64,000 bases of DNA from the human T2T-CHM13v2.0 reference genome, Homo sapiens. Positions 21,491 through 36,287 of the stretch are shown piece after piece. The position numbers and the translations under genes were made by a program. Under the pieces are notes generated by a model. The model ran no database searches. It saw only the letters and a list, made by a program, of their open reading frames with translations, and had not been told where the DNA came from. Within the stretch, counting starts at the first letter, position 1; each line of letters starts with the position of its first letter. The DNA lies in the NCBI RefSeq assembly GCF_009914755.1, contig NC_060940.1; one strand, 5' to 3'.

Positions 21491-21851
21491 TTTCAGTAGG
21501 AGAAATGTATTGTTTCTGATGGGAACACCAGATTTACATACGTATTTTGTATTCTTTCCGAGGGTCTTATATACTTATTCCAGAGCCAACACTGTACTTT
21601 TACCTACTGTGGCTTTAGAATATTGCTTTGATAGGGTACTTGTTATGGAATAACATGACATTGTAAGGTATGTCCCATTGCTTTATAGGCTATTGCTGTG
21701 TGTTTTCTAGTCCAGTCAATTTTTGAATCAGCACGTCAAATTCTAGAAAAATTCTGCTGGGTGAGATTATAATGAATTTGAGTAATTAAATGGAGAACCG
21801 ACATCTGTACTGACATCTGTAGTCTTGTAGTCTTGTCATCCATGAAGATGA

Positions 21852-22512
<661 letters not shown>

Positions 22513-22922
22513 TAAGCTCTTTCTTTCTTCCTTCTTTTTTTTTTTGAGACAAGGTCTCACTCTGTTGCCCAGGCTGGAGTGCAGTAGTGTGATCATGGCT
22601 CACTGCAGCCTCCAACACTTGGGCTCAAAATGTCCAAGGGACATTTTGCGAAGTGCGTTTTCAGGGAGATAGTTTGATTTCCCACACCTGTTTGATACAT
22701 ATTAATGTTTAATTAATTAATTATTTATTTAATTAAAAAAATTTAAGAGACGGGGTCTTATTATGTTGCCCAGGCTAGAGTACAGTGTATGGTGGCATGA
22801 TCATAGCTCACTGCAACCTCGACCCCTTGGGTGCAAGTGATCCTCCTGCCTCAGCTTCCTGAGTAGCTGGGACTACATGTGCATACCACCACACTAGATA
22901 ATTAAAAAAAAATTTTTTTTAA

Positions 22923-23135
<213 letters not shown>

Positions 23136-23823
23136 TAGGGGAAATCAAGCTAAGATTTTATCAAGAGTGGGGATGGGGGACAGGTAGGAGGGAACAGCCA
23201 ACAGCTTATAGATATGTCCCCACCCACGGTCACCAGGTCAGGTGCACACTTGGTGGTGGCTCATTGAGAAAGCCTCTGCAGGTTGGACAGCCAGTCTGAG
23301 ATCTTGCCTATGTTTTTACAGAGAGTGGACCCTTGGCCACTGTTCAGGGCAAGGAGGGGCCTCCACGTCTGAGTTCGAGCAGCCCCCATAGTGGCCAGAG
23401 TGTGAAAACTTTTCCCAAAGCAAACCCAGCTGATCTACTAAACTCCTCCCCGGGCACCCTGGTTGGTATCTTCTCATCTTGGGCTCATGACTTCGTTCGT
23501 CCTTTCCTCAGCTTCTTTACCTGCTAACAAATACAGGTAACCTGTTGTTTTAAATTATCTATTGGTATTTTTTATGATTATGAGTCTTTTTTTTGTATAA
23601 AGGTCTTTTTTTTTTTTTCTCTTTGAGACATGGTCTTGCTCTGTTGCCCAGGCTGGAGTGCAGTGTTGAGGTCATAGCTCACTGTAGCCTCAAACTCCTG
23701 GGCTCAAGTGATCCTCTTGCCTTGGCCTCCCACAGCATTGGGATCACAGGCATGAGCCACTGCACCCAGCCTATATAAATGTTTTAAGTACAAATGATAT
23801 AGAAAAGAATATTAAAGTCATCT

Positions 23824-24334
23824 TGTAGCAGATTGAATACAACCACAAATTCCTCCCATTGGGAGGTGGGATCTGTGTCCCCTTTGCTTGAATGTGGATG
23901 AGCTCTGTGACTGCCTGATCAATGGAATGTGGTGCAGATGACTTGGCGCCAGTTTCCAGATCAAGACCTTAGTAGCCTGGAAATTTCTGCTTCCTGTCTG
24001 TTGGAACACTTGCTCTTGAAGTCCAGCCACCATGCTGCGAGAAGCCCAAGCCACATGGAGAGGGCACGTGGGGGTGCCCAGGTGACAGCCCCAACTGAGC
24101 TCCTAGCCCACGGCCAACTGCCAGCTGTGGGAGTGACCCATTTTGGGAGCCCAGCCCAACTGAGCTTTGGATTACTCTAGCCCTGGTTGTGATCCGACTG
24201 CAATCATGTGAGAGACCCCGCTGAGAACTGCTGAGGCCAGGAGATTCACAGATACGCGAGAGATTATAATATGCTGCTGTTTTTAACTATGAAGTTTTGG
24301 AGTAGCTCGCTCTGCAGCAATGGATACTGGAACA
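23824..24334 (+). mobile_element. MLT1 (F/G-like) MaLR solo LTR
   Basis: TG..CA ends; gccaccatgctgcgagaagcccaagccacatggagagg and aagttttggagtagctcgctctgcagcaatggatactggaaca motifs. Confidence 0.7.
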
Positions 24335-24373
24335 TACCTGTAATCCTCCTATCTTGGAGATAACGACTATTAA

Positions 24374-24932
<559 letters not shown>

Positions 24933-25134
24933 TAAACATTTTTTTGTAGAGTCAGGGTCTTGCTGTGTTGCCCAGGCTGGTCTTGAGTTCCTGAGCTCAA
25001 ATGATCCCTCTGCCTTGGCCTCCCAATGTGCTGAGATTACAAGCAGGAGTCACCATACCTGGCTATATATAAAAATTATAAACAGATAATTTTTAACCAA
25101 ATGTACATAATTTTAATTGCTTTTTTTTTTTTCA

Positions 25135-25515
<381 letters not shown>

Positions 25516-25665
25516 CTATTTTCCTGTGCCTTTGAAAACAGAATTAAAAGTGACAGACACAGGGGAGGGTAAGGATATATCACAGAGTGAAGTATCATTG
25601 AACCATTCCTCTGTTGAATATTTAGGTTTTTTTAGCTTTTCATATTAACAATAATGCTGCAATGA

Positions 25666-25857
<192 letters not shown>

Positions 25858-26086
25858 TAATTTTTTTGTCTTTTTAGTAAAGATGAGGTTTCACCATGTT
25901 GGGCAGGCTGGTTTCAATTGCTGACCTCAAGTGAGCCACCCCGCCTCAGCCTCCCAAAATGCTAGGATTACAGGCATGAGCCACCGCACCCAGCCAAGTT
26001 TGTACATATATTTTTGACTACACTTCTTAACTATTCTTAGGATAAATTACTAGAAGTGAAAATTCTTGGGTGAAGAGCTTGAGGCC

Positions 26087-26090
<4 letters not shown>

Positions 26091-26124
<34 letters not shown>
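26091..26124. repeat. (CA)17 microsatellite about 1.3 kb upstream of ITGAM
   Basis: direct count. Confidence 0.95.
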
Positions 26125-26126
<2 letters not shown>

Positions 26127-27234
26127 TAGGCTGGATGCAGTGGCTCACACCTGTAATCTCAGCAGTTTGGGAGGCTGAGGAAGGAGGATCACTTGAGTCC
26201 AGGAGGTTGAGAATAGCCTGAACAACATAGCAAGATCTTGTCTCTACAAAAAATTTAAAAAAAATTAGCTGGCCATGGCAGCATGTGCCTGTAGTACCAG
26301 CTACTCGGAAGGCTGAGGTAGGAGGATCGCTTGAGCCCAGGAGGTTGATTGAAGCTGCAGTGAGCTGTGATTACACCACTGCACTCCAGCCTGGGCAACA
26401 GAGCTAGACTCTGTCTCTAAAAAAAGCACAAAATAATATTTAAAAAGCACCAGGTATGCCTGTACTTGAGTTGTCTTTGTTGATGGCTACAAATGAGGAC
26501 AGCTCTGGCTGAAGGGCGCTTCCATTTCCATGGGCTGAAGGAGGGACATTTTGCAAAGTGTGTTTTCAGGAAGACACAGAGTTTTACCTCCTACACTTGT
26601 TTGATCTGTATTAATGTTTGCTTATTTATTTATTTAATTTTTTTTTTGAGACAGAGTCTCACTCTGTCACCTGGGCTGGAGTGCAGTGGCATTATTGAGG
26701 CTCATTGCAGTCTCAGACTCCTGAGCTCAAACAATCCTCCTGCCTCAGCCTCTGGAGTAGCTAGGACTACAGGCATGTGCCACCATGCCTGGCTAATTTT
26801 TTAAATGTATTTTTTTGTAGAGTCGGGGTCTCCCTATGTTGCCCAGGCTGGAGTGCAGTGGTGTGATCCTAGCTCACTGCAGCCTGGACCTCGGGCTCAA
26901 GTAATTCTCACACCTCAGCCTGTCCAGTAGCAGGGGCTACAGGCGCGCACCACCATGCCCAGCTAATTAAAAATATTTTTTTGTAGAGACAGGGTCTCTC
27001 TATGTTGCCCAGGCTGGTTTCAAACTCCCAGGCTCAAGCAATCCTCCTGCCTTGGCCTCCCAAAGTGCTGGCATTACAGGCGTGAGCCACTGCGCCTGGC
27101 CCGTATTAATGTTTAGAACACGAATTCCAGGAGGCAGGCTAAGTCTATTCAGCTTGTTCATATGCTTGGGCCAACCCAAGAAACAAGTGGGTGACAAATG
27201 GCACCTTTTGGATAGTGGTATTGACTTTGAAAGT

Positions 27235-27469
27235 TTGGGTCAGGAAGCTGGGGAGGAAGGGTGGGCAGGCTGTGGGCAGTCCTGGGCGGAAGACCAGGCA
27301 GGGCTATGTGCTCACTGAGCCTCCGCCCTCTTCCTTTGAATCTCTGATAGACTTCTGCCTCCTACTTCTCCTTTTCTGCCCTTCTTTGCTTTGGTGGCTT
27401 CCTTGTGGTTCCTCAGTGGTGCCTGCAACCCCTGGTTCACCTCCTTCCAGGTTCTGGCTCCTTCCAGCC
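27235..27469 (+). promoter_or_regulatory. ITGAM: TATA-less myeloid ITGAM/CD11b promoter and 5'UTR with PU.1 and Sp1 sites
   Basis: AAAAGGAGAAG on - strand at 27365-27375 (the established non-canonical PU.1 site of the CD11b promoter); Sp1 CCGCCC at 27323-27328; GGAA ETS cores near 27243-27260; RUNX TGTGGTT at 27404-27410; no TATA box. Exact TSS cannot be read from sequence. Confidence 0.85.
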
Positions 27470-27497
27470 ATGGCTCTCAGAGTCCTTCTGTTAACAG
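27470..27497 (+). CDS. ITGAM: ITGAM coding exon 1 (start codon, signal peptide MALRVLLLT)
   Basis: gccATGG Kozak context at 27470; translates MALRVLLLT+G, the recognisable CD11b N-terminus; donor CAG|gtgcat at 27498; 28 nt. Confidence 0.97.
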
Positions 27498-28159
27498 GTG
27501 CATGGGGGTGGGGTGGGGGACTCTGGGTGGGGAGGAGGGTAACTTTTGGGTCTGTCATAAATAGAGGGCCCAGAATATGTAGGAGTCAGTCTGGGGAGAG
27601 GCAAAGGGGATTTGGGGAAGGAGAAAGGATTCAAGAAGAAGCAGGGAGAACAGCTAGACCCAGACAGGCTGGCCAGGGAAGCCTGGATGAATGACCACAT
27701 TCATGGACTGTGCAAGGCTGCTTGCCGGTCCCCTTGCTTCACACATGAGGAGACGGAGGCCCAGGGAGGAGAAGTGACATGGCTCAGGGTGCGCAGCAGG
27801 TGTGAGACCCCTTTCCTGAGTGCTTCCTCCTGGATCCCCTCTCACCATCTCCACTTTGCCTCCGGTTCTATTTTCCAAGGTCCCGGGTGCAAATGTTTGT
27901 TGAATGACTGATGAATGAAAATGATTTGAGTTTGTTACCTTTTATGCTTATATGTTGTGGAAAATGAAATTCTCCTCAAAAGGGAAGGAAATACTTGAGA
28001 GCTGCATAGGAAGGAAATTATCTAATTAAGAATGTATAGAAACTTCACTGTTGGGCAAATCATCGTTGTGACACCGGGGGAAGAAGCCATTTAGGTGCTC
28101 AGAAGGGAGGCTGGAATTCAGAGCAGGACTGGACGTGCCCCACGACGGTGGTTCTTAGG

Positions 28160-28498
28160 TCAGGAGTCAGCAAACAGTGGCCTGGGGGCCCGATATGGCC
28201 CACGACCTGTTTTTGCACAACCTGCCAGCTAGAGATTGAAGATGAACACTGATAATCGATTTGATGATAGGGAGCACCACCCCCAAAGAATTCTATTTGT
28301 CTCATTTGTAAACCCGTATTACAAACAAATTGTACTCAATCATTATGTTTGAAATTTCCCTAATGACAAATTTGTGGAAAAGTATTTTCTGTCTTGTTAT
28401 ATAAGTACTTGTACAACATATTCTATCAGCCTCTTGGTCTGCAAAACCTAAAATTTACTATCTGGCTGTTTACAGAATAAGTGTGCTAATCCCCGCCC
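28160..28498. mobile_element. MER58-type hAT-Charlie MITE in intron 1
   Basis: gtcagcaaacagtggcc...cctaaaatttactatctggctgtttacagaataagtgtgctaatcccc termini. Confidence 0.65.
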
Positions 28499-29096
28499 CA
28501 GGCTAACAGAGCTGGACCTGGGAGGCAGACATCTGGATGCTGGGTTAGTTAGGGTGACCGAATGGATGGGAAAGGGAATGGAGCAGGAAGACATGCTGCT
28601 ATCTTTTTTTTTTTTTTTTTTTTTTGATACAGGGTCTTTCTCTGTTGCCCAGGCTGTAGTGCAGTGGCATGATCATGGTTCACTGCAGCCTTGACCTCCT
28701 GGGTTCAAGCAATCCTCCCACCTCAGCCTCCTGAGTACCACTACACCCGGCTAATTTTTTATTTTTTGTAGAGATGGGGTCTCACTGTGTTGCCTAGGCT
28801 GGTCTTAAACTCCTGAGCCCAGGTGATCCTCCCACGTCAGCCTCTTAAATTATTGGGATAACAGGCCTGAGCCACCACACCCAGCCATTGCTTTCTTTTA
28901 AATTATTATTAGTTTTTGTTTTTTTTTTGTATTTAATTTTGAGATAGGATCTCTCTCTGTTGCTCAGGCTGGAGTGCAGTGGCACAATCAGGGCTCAAGT
29001 GATCCTCCTGCCTCAGCCCTCCAAAGTGCTAGGACTACAGCCCCTAACTGGCATGCTACTTTCCTCTGCTTGATCCTTCCCCCATTCTCCCTTTAG

Positions 29097-29202
29097 CCTT
29101 GACCTTATGTCATGGGTTCAACTTGGACACTGAAAACGCAATGACCTTCCAAGAGAACGCAAGGGGCTTCGGGCAGAGCGTGGTCCAGCTTCAGGGATCC
29201 AG
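29097..29202 (+). CDS. ITGAM: ITGAM exon 2 (end of signal peptide; mature N-terminus FNLDTENAMTFQENARGFGQSVVQLQGS)
   Basis: polypyrimidine tract + tag acceptor, donor gtgaga; 106 nt continues the frame from exon 1. Confidence 0.97.
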
Positions 29203-29627
29203 GTGAGACCCTCAGATGGAGCCCCCTTTCTCAGTGCTTTCTCTCCAAGACTTACATACCTGAAAAAAATCAGCGATTTGAGTGATCTTTTTCAACAGAT
29301 AAATCAATTCAAAATATACAACAAATTCATCTTTTGAATTTACAGTATTCTAAATTCAAAAGATGCAAAAGGGTGTAAGAGTAAAAATCTCTTCCTTACT
29401 CCCTTCCCCTAGTTCCCTTCCCAGGAGGGACCTCACAAATGGTTTCCTGGGTGTTCCTTCGGGGAGACTCTGTGTGTGCATAACACATACACGTTCCCTC
29501 CCTCAGCCAACACACCATGTGTAGTATACATTGTACTGAAATTAAGGCCTGCCTGCAGGCTGCCGCCTATTTTTGTGAATGAATTTTATTGAAAACAACT
29601 CCGTCCACTTGTCACTTACTGTTTATT

Positions 29628-29830
29628 GCCCTTCCCTCCCTTCCTCCCTTCCTTCCTTCCTTCCTTCTTTCCTTCCTTCCTTCCTCCCTCTCTCATTCCC
29701 TGCTTCCCTCTTTCCCTCCTTCCCTCCCTTCCCTCCCTTCCATCCTTCCTTCCTTCCTTCCTTCCTTCCTTCCTTCCTTCCTTCCTTCCTTCCTTCCTTC
29801 CTTCCTTCCTTCATTTCTTTCTTTCCTTTC
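29628..29830. repeat. polypyrimidine (CCTT)n tract including perfect (CCTT)17 at 29744-29811
   Basis: direct count; forms the tail of the - strand Alu at 29830-30112. Confidence 0.95.
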
Positions 29831-31094
29831 TGACATGGTCTTGTTCTGTCATTCAGCCTGGAGTGCACAGGTGAAATCATAGCTCACTGTAGACTCAAAC
29901 TCCTGGGCTCAAGCAATCCTCCCACCTTAGCCTCCTGAGTAGCTGGGACTACAGGCATGTGCCACCACACCTGGCTAATTTTTTGATTTTTTTTGTATAG
30001 ACGAGGTCTCACTCTGTTGCCCAATCTGGTCTCAAACTCCTGGCCTCAAGTCATCCTCTTGCTTGGGCCTCCCAACTTGCTGGGATGATAGGTGTAAACC
30101 ACTGTGCCTGGCTATGGCCACTTTTGAGCTGTAATGGCAGAATTCAGGAGCTGTGATAGAGATTGTATGGACCCTGAAGCCTAAAACATTTACCTTTACA
30201 GAAACAGTAATTGTGGAGGTGATAGTACCTTTCCAGAAGAAGGGGGCTGGTCTCTGCTCTTTGCTTTATCTCCCATAATACAGCCCAGTGATTTGAGTCC
30301 ATTAATCCCATGTTATGCTTGCATTGCATGCCATAATTGGGAGATGCTATAATTTATTTTATTTTATTTTTTTAGAGACTCCCTCTGTCGCCCAGGCTGG
30401 AGTGCAGTGGCATGATCTTGGCTCACTGCGACTTCTGCCTCCTGGGTTCAATCGATTCTCCTGCCTCAGCCTCCTGAGTAGCTTGGATTGCAGGTGCCTG
30501 CCACCACGCCTGGCTAATTTTTGTATTTTTGTAGAGACAGGGTTTCACCATGTTGGCCAGGTTGGTCTTGAACTCCTGAGCTCAGGTGATCCACCTGCCT
30601 CGGCCTCCCAAAGTGCTGGGATTACAGGCTTGAGCCACCGTGCCTGGCTTGTAATCTCCTTTTACATTACATTAGATCTCTTGTTAATGAACATTTAGAT
30701 TGTTCCCAAACTTTTGCTCTATGAACAATGCTGTCATTTTGCACATGTGCAAGCCTATTTGGAAGTAAAGGCTAGGACTGGGATTGTGGTATCCACGGGT
30801 GCATGAGCACGTGCAATTTTAATAGATTTTTCCAGATCCCCCTCTACAGTGGTGGCAGCAATTTACACTCACACCAGAAATTCATGAAAATACCTACTTC
30901 CTCATACTCCCTCACTCATTTGCCAACTCAGTGTGCTATCAAACTTACTGATCTCTGCAGATCGAGTAGGTGAGAAGTGGTATCTTAATTTAGCTTTAAA
31001 TTGCTTCTTTTTTTTTTATGAGAGAGGCATTTTCTGTGAACATGTTTTTCTTATCTGTTGGCCATTTTTCTTTCTTTTTTTTTTTTTTTACTAG

Positions 31095-31469
<375 letters not shown>

Positions 31470-31926
31470 TGATCCACTTGCCTCAGCCTCCCAAAGTGCA
31501 GGGATTACAGGTGTGAGCCACTGCGCCTGGCCCAGAAATTTATTGAAAATGACTGTGTGGAGGCTGGGTGCAGGGGCTCACGCCTGTAATCCCAGCATTT
31601 TGGGAGGCCGAGCTGGGCTGGTCGCTGGAAGCCAGGAGTTCGAGACTACCCTGGCCAACATAAGGAAACCTCATCTCTACTAAAAATACACAAATTAGCC
31701 AAGCATGGTGGCACACACCTGTAATCCCAGCTACTCAGGAGGTTGAGACAGGAGGAATGCTTGAACCTGGGAGGCAGAGGTTGCAGCAGTGAGCCGAGAT
31801 TGCACCACTATACTCCAGCCTGGGTGATGGAGTGAGAATCTGTTTCAAAGAAAGAAAATAAATAAAAATAAAAATAAATAAAATGACTGTGTGGGCCGGG
31901 TCCAGTGGCTCATGCCTGTAATTCTA

Positions 31927-32070
<144 letters not shown>

Positions 32071-32240
32071 CTACAGGTGTGTACCACCATACCTGGCTAA
32101 TTTTTAAAAACATTTTTTGTAGAGATGGGGTCTGGCTATGTTACCCGGGCTAGTTTCAAACTCCTGGCCTCAAATGATGCTCCTGCCTCAACCTCCCAAG
32201 GTGCTGGGATTAAAGGCATGAGCCATGGTGCCCAGCTTGA

Positions 32241-32478
<238 letters not shown>

Positions 32479-32791
32479 TGATCTTGAACTCCTGAGCTCA
32501 GGCAATCCACCCCCTTGGCCTCCCAAAGTGCTAGGATTACAAGCATGAGCCACCGCGCCTGGTCCTATTTTTAAATGACTTCTGGTTTTTGTGTCATTCT
32601 TAGGAAGACCTTTTCTCATTCTGAGTCTTAACATTTTCCCATTTTTTTCTTTGCTAATTCTTCCTCCTAGTCATAGGAATTTAGGAATCCGGGTATGGGC
32701 CCCCACCGTCCTCTGGGTGGCAGAACTTCCTCTGTGGTCTCCTTCTCTCCCCACATGTCGAAGTTTTCTCTGTTCCCACTTCTCCCCACAG

Positions 32792-32895
32792 GGTGGTGGT
32801 TGGAGCCCCCCAGGAGATAGTGGCTGCCAACCAAAGGGGCAGCCTCTACCAGTGCGACTACAGCACAGGCTCATGCGAGCCCATCCGCCTGCAGG
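32792..32895 (+). CDS. ITGAM: ITGAM exon 3 (RVVVGAPQEIVAANQRGSLYQCDYSTGSCEPIRLQ)
   Basis: cag acceptor, gtgagt donor; GAP motif of an FG-GAP repeat; 104 nt, frame continuous. Confidence 0.97.
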
Positions 32896-33207
32896 GTGAG
32901 TCACTGCCCCGCCGGGCTGGGACTGGGATTCCCCTGTGAACACATAGGGACTTTCCAGGCACTCCTGTGTCCTGGGGATCTGTGGTGGGGACACAGGTGC
33001 CTGCCTCCGTACCCTCTCCTCTGCCTGCAGTCTCTACCCTAGACATCCCCAGGCAACCCCTCTGTGTTCCTTTCTTTCCCAAGATTTAGGATCCCCCTTC
33101 ACCGTCAGACCTCCTTGTCTCCCGCATGGAGGTGACCCCTGCCCAGCTCTTCCACAGCCTTCTCTGTCCCCCCACCAGGGTGACCATGCCCATATCTGTC
33201 CCCGCAG

Positions 33208-33278
33208 TCCCCGTGGAGGCCGTGAACATGTCCCTGGGCCTGTCCCTGGCAGCCACCACCAGCCCCCCTCAGCTGCTG
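33208..33278 (+). CDS. ITGAM: ITGAM exon 4 (VPVEAVNMSLGLSLAATTSPPQLL)
   Basis: cag acceptor, gtgagt donor; 71 nt; peptide visible inside ORF 33126..33461. Confidence 0.97.
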
Positions 33279-33426
33279 GTGAGTGGGGCTCGATCAGAGG
33301 AGCATCCTAATGGGGGTGTTTGGGGGCCCACGCATGGTGGGGCTGGGGGTCTTGTGGAGGGTGGAGGTGCTGGGGTACAAGGACAGGAAGCAGGGGCAGC
33401 CCCTTCCACTGGCTCCTGTCCCCTAG

Positions 33427-33544
33427 GCCTGTGGTCCCACCGTGCACCAGACTTGCAGTGAGAACACGTATGTGAAAGGGCTCTGCTTCCTGTTTGGATC
33501 CAACCTACGGCAGCAGCCCCAGAAGTTCCCAGAGGCCCTCCGAG
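33427..33544 (+). CDS. ITGAM: ITGAM exon 5 (ACGPTVHQTCSENTYVKGLCFLFGSNLRQQPQKFPEALR)
   Basis: tag acceptor, gtgggt donor; 118 nt; peptide in ORF 33442..33684. Confidence 0.97.
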
Positions 33545-34246
33545 GTGGGTTGCCTTTGGCAGAGGGAACAGATGCGCAGCAAAAGACCAGGGGAGGGGGC
33601 AGGACTGAGGTGACGTCTGCTCAAGGTCTGGGCTCTGGGTGCAGAAGAGTGGGGGAACTGGGTCCCATTAGAGTCAGAAGCTAGGGAGGTGCTAGGGTCT
33701 TGTACTTTAGGAAAACGCCTTGGCTAGGCACAGTGGCTCATACCTGCAATCCCAAAGCTTTGGGAGCCCAGGAGCTTGAGATCAGCCTGGGCAATGTAGT
33801 GAGATCCTGTCTCTAAAAAAAAAAAAAAAAAAAATTAGCTGAGTGTGGTGATGAGCACCTGTAGTCTTAGCTATTTGGAGGCCAAGGTGGGAAGATTGCT
33901 TGAGGCCACAAGTTCAAGGCAAGCCTGGGCAACATAGGGAGATCCCCGTCTCTACAAAAAAAAAAAAAAATTAGCCAGGCGTGGTGGCACACACCTGCAG
34001 TCCCAGCTACTCAGGAGGATCACTTGAGCCTGGGAAGTTGAAGCTGCAGCAAGTTATGATTGCACCACTGTACTCCAACCTGGGTGACAGAGCAAGACCC
34101 TGTCTTTAAAAAATAAGTCCAGGTCACACTGCAGAGGAGGGGATGGTGCAAGGTGTCATTGGCAAGAGGTGGGAATCTTGGGGACCATCCTGGGGGGCGG
34201 CCTTCCACACCCCTGTTCCCCAAACCTCTGTTGATTGAGATTCTGA

Positions 34247-34562
<316 letters not shown>

Positions 34563-36287
34563 TGAGCCACCATGCCTGGCCAGAGTGCGTGGATCTTTCA
34601 AGCTGCTTTTTCCCACTGCTTTGTTCGATGGCTATGCCATCTTTTTGCTTGTCTTCATGTTGATTCTGGGACCACAGGCGAATGTTTCTCCCTTGCATTT
34701 TTTTTCTTTCTCAAGCCCTGTTCCTCTATATTTCACCCTCCACAGTTAATCCTCCTTCCTCCACAGAGAAAACAAAAGCTTCAGGCATGGACTCCCTCCA
34801 CTTTCCCCTTCTCTTATTTTATCTTAATAAGCGGTTTTCCAGTCTTCACTGGAATTTGTTGACAAATTCTAAAGGAGCTGTAACACCGCACTTTCTCCTT
34901 TTTCTCAAATTTCCATAATGACAGCACTCCTGGCAGTGACTCACTCGTTTTAGAGGAAGACCTGTCTCTCCTCTGTCCCATGACTAAATTCTTCCATATG
35001 GGCTTTTGAGAGTCTCTCATGCACCAACTAAGGTGATCACCTATCTTTCTTTTTTCTTTTTTTTTTGGAGACAGGGTCTTGCTCTGTCACCTAAGCTGGA
35101 GTGCAGTGGCACAATCTCGGCTCACTGCAGCCTCTGCCTCCTGTGCTCAAGAAATTCTTGTGCCTCCGCCTCCAGAGTAGCTGGGATCACAGGTGCGCAT
35201 ATACTGATTTTTGTATTTTTTGTAGAGATGGGGTTTCACCTTGTTGCCCAGGCTGGTCTCGAATTCCTGGGCTCAAGAGATCTTCCCACCTCAGCCTCCC
35301 ACAGTGCTGGGATCACAGGTGTGAGCCACTGCGCCTGGCCCAGCATCTCTTGAATCACTTGTTTTCTCTCTAGGACAATTAACTTCCCCCTTCCTCTGGC
35401 TGTAAACACTCTTCATTCTATCTGTATCTGAAAAGCAATCAACCACCACAATCGATAGCCATGAAAACAATCTTCTCTCTTCCAGTCTCCTCCTCATCTC
35501 CTGCCATCTCTCCTCACCCTCACCACCCAAGCTTCCTGAGTGCATTCTCTTCACCCCCGGCTGGCCTCCAGCTTCCCTCTCCACCTAGGGGCACTGGGTT
35601 CTGGGTTCTCTTTTCACCCACGTGTTCTTCTTTCCTGAAATCACCCAGTTCTGTGGCTTCAGCTAACACTTCTACCTCTCCCTCTTTAGACCTCACTCTC
35701 AGGGTTCAAGACTACTTCTTTAAAAAAGTTTTCATTTATTAAAAAATATATAATACATACACTTGGTTCAAAATTCGAAAGGGTGCGGTAGCTCACACCT
35801 GTAATTCCAGCACTTTGGGAGGTCAAGGCAGGAGGATTGTTTGAGGCCAGGAGTTTGGGACCAGCCTAGACAACATAATGAGACCCCATCTCTACAAAAA
35901 ATGCAATTAGCCAGGCATGGTGGCGTGTGCCTGTGGTCTTAGCTATTCAGGAGGCCTCCCAAAGTGCTGGGGTTACAGGCATGAGCCACTGTGCCCTGCC
36001 AGTCTTTCTAAAATACAAAACAAATCATCTCACTTCCTTTTCTAAGAACCTTCTGTGGCTCCCCATTGCCTACAGATAAAGTCGAGCTCCTTATTGGAGT
36101 AGAAAGGCCCTTGCCCGCTGCTCTTTGCTTGATGCCACCGCTGTGTCTCCATCGCCGTCACATACGTTTGTCCCTGTAGTGCTGTTTCCATCAAACGGCA
36201 TTCCTGGATTCTGCCAGAATCCTTTTGAGGCCCTTGTCCCATATATCAGTAGGAGTCTCAACTGGGACCAAAAGCACATTCCAGTAA

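Noticed and set aside
27191-27694. 167-aa ORF containing MALRVLLLT as a possible N-terminally extended CD11b
   Set aside because: Starts at GTG upstream of the promoter elements and reads through into intron 1; the real ATG is 27470.
29579-29882. Low-complexity PSFL/EGRK ORFs
   Set aside because: Translation of the (CCTT)n repeat.
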